Made by a program: the position numbers and the translations under genes
Source: Candidatus Cloacimonadales bacterium
Lineage (GTDB): Bacteria; Cloacimonadota; Cloacimonadia; Cloacimonadales; JAFGVF01
Reading direction: 5' to 3'
Assembly: GCA_963678315.1 (NCBI GenBank)
Contig: OY782781.1
Span: 288,001 to 352,000, forward strand
DNA length: 64,000 bases
Notes under the pieces: generated by a model
The model's input: the letters and a program-made list of their open reading frames with translations, nothing else
The model's database searches: none
What the model was told of the DNA's origin: nothing
Shown: in pieces, positions 60,301 to 64,000 of the stretch
Position numbering within the stretch: the first letter of the stretch is position 1
Layout: the number at the start of each line of letters is the position of its first letter

Positions 60301-62319
60301 CCAAATCGACAACTTACTGTAACAACTGACAAAGAAGTCTATTCAGTAGGCGACACAGTTAGAGTTAATATGCAAGCAGACGGTCTAAATCTGTCGGAAG
60401 CAAAACTATATGTTTTAGATAAAAATGACTTAATTGAAAATATTGCCTATTACATACCAGTAATTCTTGGGGAATACAATCATACATTTGTTATCCCAGA
60501 ATCAATTTCTGAAGGTTCGTACTTGACTATGAGAGTTGAGAGTTATGACAATGAGCAAGTTTATATTGGAGAAAAGACCATTGGCGTAGGAAATAGCAAC
60601 TTCTATGATGTTGTTACAATTCCAGCAGAACCAACAGTATTCGATAGTGTATATGTCTCAACAAAAATAGTTACGGAAGACGAAATAGAAACAGTAAATC
60701 TTGTCTATTCAGTTGGATCTACTAAATCTAGGGCAATAATCCCAATGTCACTCAAAGATGGTTCTGATAATGAATACGAAATTTCAGAATTCATACCTAA
60801 ATATAATGCGGATTTAAAAGTTACTTACAGCTTTGAGGTTACTACTACAGAAGCTGTTGTAAAATCAGATGATTATAGATATACAATTTTAGGCCCTGAC
60901 TTGCATGTTCATGATTGTGAGTTTGTTTCAAATAATGGTATACCCTCAATTTCCTATACTATAACCAATCTCACTCCTATAGCAACCATTCCTTGTGATT
61001 TAAAGATATATAAGGAAGTAGACGGTGAGAATAGTATTCAATTGTATGATGATGCAATAGGAGCATTTGCAGCTTTTGAGTCTAGAGATTATATTTACCA
61101 GATGTCAGATTTTGAAGTTGGTAATTTTGATTTCAGGGTGGTTGTTAACGAAGAAAGAATCTTCAGTGAGATGATCACTTACAATAATGAAGATGTGATA
61201 GATCTACCTATAAACTATCAATTAATAACAAATCAAGGTGGAAGCGTAACTAGTTTAGACGGCATAGCTACACTTGAAATACCAGCGGCTTATTTAACAG
61301 ATGCCTTTTTTAATGTTAATGTTGGAAGTTTCATAGAGCCAAATACTCAACCTGATATAGAAAAAATACTGATGCCAAATAATATTGAATCTTCTGTATT
61401 TGAAGTAACATGCTTATCTGAAGAAGTCGCTGACTCTACCGGGCTTCTCTTGAATGGTAATCTAGATTTAAAAATTCAGTTCAATAGTGCAGATTCTCTC
61501 ACTTCTTTGCATGCAACAAACGATGAAATTGACATATATCGCTGGCATGATGAGTATCAAAAATGGATTTTCCAGGGTGGCTTAGTATCTCTTGACAATG
61601 GCGAGATTAGAGCATCCATCGGGAGATTAGGAAAGTTCACTCTTCTCCGTAATAGAGATAAAATAAGACCAACTATCGATCCTAATGTTCAAGAACAAGA
61701 ATTTACCCAAGGTGGTTATGTTTCAGGAACAGGAACAATATCTGTTGTTCTTTCAGATGCTAATGGAATTGATATTATAGACAATAGATTCAAATTCTAC
61801 TTAAATGGAGACCAGGTAAATGAAGAAGATCTGGTAATCTCTCTCAATGAAGATAATCTAAACAATATTCCTATAAAATATCATCTTGACTTACCAGAAG
61901 GTAACTACTCCTTAGTTATTGATTGCACTGATATTAATGGCAATTTTAACACTATCGATATTACTTTCAAAGTTACTACTGATTTTGATATTTTCGATAT
62001 AGCTAATTACCCCAACCCGGTTGTAGGTAAAGCAATTGAGCCTGTAAATGACGGAAGAACTAGATTTACATATACGCTTACTGATGATGCCGATTGGGTA
62101 AAAATAATAGTCTATACTGTTTCTGGACGGAAAGTAATAGAGCTAAAAGGTCTACCAACTTCTGTAGGATACCATGAATACCCAAGAACTATCTATGGCT
62201 GGGACTGTAAAGATAGAGATGGTTATGATCTTGCAAATGGTGTATACTTCTATAAGGTTATTGCCAAAAAAGGTGGTAAGAAAATTGAAAAAATCCAAAA
62301 AATGGCAATTCTAAAATAG
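57388..62319 (+). CDS. Peptidase C25 (gingipain/PorU-like) with N-terminal propeptide-like region, CARDB-like domain and C-terminal T9SS-type domain
   Basis: G.PEVP propeptide-like motif; V.EEGLYKVT; QDIYDEFNHG...AIRDFL, LLVGDG, SDNYY; catalytic GHG (FMGHGG) and Cys (SLACY); LLGDP; C-terminal NYPNP...WD.KD.DG..LANGVYFYKV...KMAILK; directly upstream of a PorV-family gene. Confidence 0.8.
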   Translation: MKKSIIILLALVTGIVPLFGKITVLEESESYIRLKFTLPTYRFEESELDYKKIICDDADYIFDEGKPEVPYFSEIVGIPEDGDIQVNILRQKEIAKENIKITRCPEMTIKKDQVSYKSTNTTTIPKLRSFYPDQIVKKDKSAFLGDRNFISFHIFPFRYNESNKQLKISREIDIEIIINGDKTAKRSWQLSNNYIDPYGDEFCINNDYSKKWRKEQAVFSVPTEKSSDYNGIDLVVNEEGLYKVTYSFLKDQISTLEDSLGIDLGWDIDDIDPKRLQLESNKQVEPVYFYGEEDGSFDKGDYFEFYGYINHGKERYHDAYTIRNTYKLVLKDDFGSRMAVENGGIMVTQTSEYTEPTYYDHHVHFETQSYYEKMGNAYNYDSDYYLEDPFFWRKVKAPNLEIIPIELQYPVNREIDKFEANVSLFGLTYGDYQNDHHAIVRINSAIVGSEYWTGQNEQVFHTANEYSNSFLNHGENSVFVSLPGDTPSGETELIALDYIDLKYWREYKTDEDFIRFKKPSFKPNGLFQFKLEGFQSKDVSVYKIGSSKMENLRIESYFELDEAPYYVTFQDTVNSDNFEYFATTEANKKTPLEIRIDIQSDLKARTNNYDALLITSSDFVETEGVELFRSTWQEQGFNPLVVDVQDIYDEFNHGITSADAIRDFLKYAYNMWSEPQLKNVLLVGDGTYDTRENSTSTKYNIIPYKKVWTWKHGATPSDNYYSCLVGDDAVPEIGISRISVWQAEQILDIAQKSYITLNNPKLDDLGPAHVVLTAGGKVTDSLDVFSQQEEIIKERMISDDYRVTRVYTTTQSVSSDFYGSTFTLKDGIDRGATFLQFMGHGGGRIWADYNLLNLNDLATLNNDYYPFVSSLACYAASFDYPGDSSINESFINEADKGAINTLGFSGLGYLNQDLTFGTALADGFFRQKLPTSGDVVKYTIAKSYFKLFGQAKKALTEGCVLLGDPNAVIHRPNRQLTVTTDKEVYSVGDTVRVNMQADGLNLSEAKLYVLDKNDLIENIAYYIPVILGEYNHTFVIPESISEGSYLTMRVESYDNEQVYIGEKTIGVGNSNFYDVVTIPAEPTVFDSVYVSTKIVTEDEIETVNLVYSVGSTKSRAIIPMSLKDGSDNEYEISEFIPKYNADLKVTYSFEVTTTEAVVKSDDYRYTILGPDLHVHDCEFVSNNGIPSISYTITNLTPIATIPCDLKIYKEVDGENSIQLYDDAIGAFAAFESRDYIYQMSDFEVGNFDFRVVVNEERIFSEMITYNNEDVIDLPINYQLITNQGGSVTSLDGIATLEIPAAYLTDAFFNVNVGSFIEPNTQPDIEKILMPNNIESSVFEVTCLSEEVADSTGLLLNGNLDLKIQFNSADSLTSLHATNDEIDIYRWHDEYQKWIFQGGLVSLDNGEIRASIGRLGKFTLLRNRDKIRPTIDPNVQEQEFTQGGYVSGTGTISVVLSDANGIDIIDNRFKFYLNGDQVNEEDLVISLNEDNLNNIPIKYHLDLPEGNYSLVIDCTDINGNFNTIDITFKVTTDFDIFDIANYPNPVVGKAIEPVNDGRTRFTYTLTDDADWVKIIVYTVSGRKVIELKGLPTSVGYHEYPRTIYGWDCKDRDGYDLANGVYFYKVIAKKGGKKIEKIQKMAILK

Positions 62320-62328
62320 GAGATTATC

Positions 62329-63336
62329 ATGAGAAAATTATATATATTAATTATAACTGTGTTTGCTTGTAGTTCTCTTTTCGCGGGTAGATATGCTGGT
62401 GACTTCATGTCAATTGGAGGTGGAGTTAGAGCTATTAGTATGGGTGGAGCTTATAGTGCAATATCTGATGATGGGGCAGGAATTTATTGGAATACTGCAG
62501 GGATTGGTCAGGTTAAAGAATCACAGGTTTTTGGAATGCATGCTTTTCTTTATGATGGATTAGCAAGTTATGATAACATCACTTTCTGCCAGCCATTACC
62601 TAATAATGCTACAATCGGTATTAACTGGACAAGGCTAACCGTTGATGAAATTCCTTATTTCAGTGAAGAATATCTAGTAGGAACAAATGTTGACCAAAGA
62701 GTTGCTGACCCTTCTCTACACCTACCTGGACAACCTGATTCTGAATTCAAATCTACTGATGATCTATTCCAACTAGGTTTTGCAAAACATATTCACTTTG
62801 ATATAGATTTAGGTTGGAAATATTTTAAGATGCCTTTTGATATTCATGCTGGCGGTAATGTAAAATTTATTAGAAGAAAGTTATATGAAAGCTATGGCAC
62901 AGGTACAGGATTTGACCTTTCATTTTTAATAGTTTCTGATTTAGCTTATGTATTTAATGTAGAATACCTAGGAAAAATTAAATACGGTATGAACTTCATG
63001 GATATCGGAAATACTGATATTAAATGGGATGTAACTTCTGAAAGAGTTGATGAGGTTTTAATGAACACAAAACTCGGAGCTTCAATTGAACAACCACTTC
63101 CTTTTATTAAGTCTAATTTGATTTACTCAATTGACAAGGACTACGTTTATGGAAAGAAAGTGAGAATGGGTGCAGAATTAGAGTATGACAATCTAGTGGC
63201 TCTTAGAGCAGGAATTCAAGAAGATAATGTTTCAGCAGGATTAGGACTAAAAGTTTATAGTTTTAAAGTTGACTATGCTTATGTGACAAATAACCTCGGC
63301 AATACAAATAGAATTGGTATTAGCTTCATTTTTTAA
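62329..63336 (+). CDS. PorV/PorQ-family outer-membrane beta-barrel protein
   Basis: F.SIGGGVRAISMGGAY, IYWNTAG, GFDL, LRAG, GLGL...VDYAY...LGNTNRIG..F. Confidence 0.82.
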   Translation: MRKLYILIITVFACSSLFAGRYAGDFMSIGGGVRAISMGGAYSAISDDGAGIYWNTAGIGQVKESQVFGMHAFLYDGLASYDNITFCQPLPNNATIGINWTRLTVDEIPYFSEEYLVGTNVDQRVADPSLHLPGQPDSEFKSTDDLFQLGFAKHIHFDIDLGWKYFKMPFDIHAGGNVKFIRRKLYESYGTGTGFDLSFLIVSDLAYVFNVEYLGKIKYGMNFMDIGNTDIKWDVTSERVDEVLMNTKLGASIEQPLPFIKSNLIYSIDKDYVYGKKVRMGAELEYDNLVALRAGIQEDNVSAGLGLKVYSFKVDYAYVTNNLGNTNRIGISFIF

Positions 63337-63348
63337 TAGGAGAAACTT

Positions 63349-64000
63349 ATGAAAATGCTTATTGAGATATTACTGATTATTGGGCTAATGCTTTTACTAA
63401 TCGGATGTTCTGGTGATGATGACGAAAGTGTTGATAAAGTACCACCAACTAAACCTGTTCTTATTCCTCATCTGGGAGATACCGGTGATGGAACAATTAC
63501 ATATAACGATGAGACCTTAATACTTAATGATGCAAATAATGGAATTGATGCTGAAAGTGTTAACAATGGCATTAGATTAATGTGGGAACCATTGATTTTT
63601 GACAATGATCTTGAACGTATAACAATATATAGATTCATGAACTCAAATACTGATGATATTGTTCTAGTAGATTATGTTACTGCTGAGGAAGTTGAATATA
63701 CTGATGACACAATCAACAACGACCTTGTTTTTGATAACCTATTTTCCTATTACATAGAGGTGGCAGACCAAGCAGGTAATTCTACTTTTTCAGATACCGT
63801 CAGCTACAAACTTATGTATAAGCCAATATTAAATTATCCAGACAATGGAACTATTGTTAACGATGATTTGGCTAGTGAAGAAGGATTAAAATTTTTGTTC
63901 TATTCAACAGAGCAAGTAGATAAATTTAGAGTTCTATTATTCAATGAAAATAGTGAATTAATTTGGATTGATAATGTTAATGTTGATGCCGAAGATTTAG
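63349..64000 (+). CDS. Lipoprotein with an FN3-like domain, partial (runs off the right edge)
   Basis: ATG 63349 after AGGAG; MKMLIEILLIIGLMLLLIG-C-SGDDDE lipobox; I.L.W...IYR...Y.D...YYIEVADQAGN; frame open to the window end. Confidence 0.8.
   Translation, partial: MKMLIEILLIIGLMLLLIGCSGDDDESVDKVPPTKPVLIPHLGDTGDGTITYNDETLILNDANNGIDAESVNNGIRLMWEPLIFDNDLERITIYRFMNSNTDDIVLVDYVTAEEVEYTDDTINNDLVFDNLFSYYIEVADQAGNSTFSDTVSYKLMYKPILNYPDNGTIVNDDLASEEGLKFLFYSTEQVDKFRVLLFNENSELIWIDNVNVDAEDL

Noticed and set aside
312..62563. Many 60-140 aa ORFs antisense or out of frame within long genes (e.g. 312-584, 14417-14758, 28331-28726, 31293-31667, 38858-39286, 55004-55378)
   Set aside because: Shadow ORFs fully overlapping well-supported CDSs, with no independent evidence.

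Overview
AT-rich bacterial chromosomal DNA. Gene content suggests an FCB-superphylum anaerobe, most likely Candidatus Cloacimonadota (inference): many acidic secreted proteins with FlgD-Ig/T9SS-type C-terminal domains, PorV-family barrels, archaeal-type ProRS and strong AGGAG Shine-Dalgarno sites. The window has about 40 CDS. Housekeeping and transport genes include rpiB, glyA, purM, purD, pta, glyS, proS, an aminotransferase, an RNase II-family nuclease, a MATE pump, FeoA, ZupT and DMT transporters. Surface genes include two tandem paralogous adhesin-like proteins and a GLUG-repeat protein bracketed by ~195-bp direct repeats. The strongest candidate for an undescribed system is a 12-kb same-strand cluster: TonB-dependent receptor, ExbB, two ExbD, TonB, a 1036-aa protein with a variant T9SS-like CTD, a PorV-family barrel and another CTD protein. 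It lacks SusD, and four of its genes share Dx[DN]xDG calcium-type loops. A separate PorU-like C25 peptidase / PorV / lipoprotein locus and a third PorV paralogue are also present. Intergenic DNA holds a candidate sigma54-dependent small RNA with an anti-Shine-Dalgarno loop, a second candidate sRNA, and five mosaic islands of REP-like palindromes. I saw no rRNA, tRNA, CRISPR array, transposase or integrase. All calls come from reading the sequence by eye; no database searches were run.
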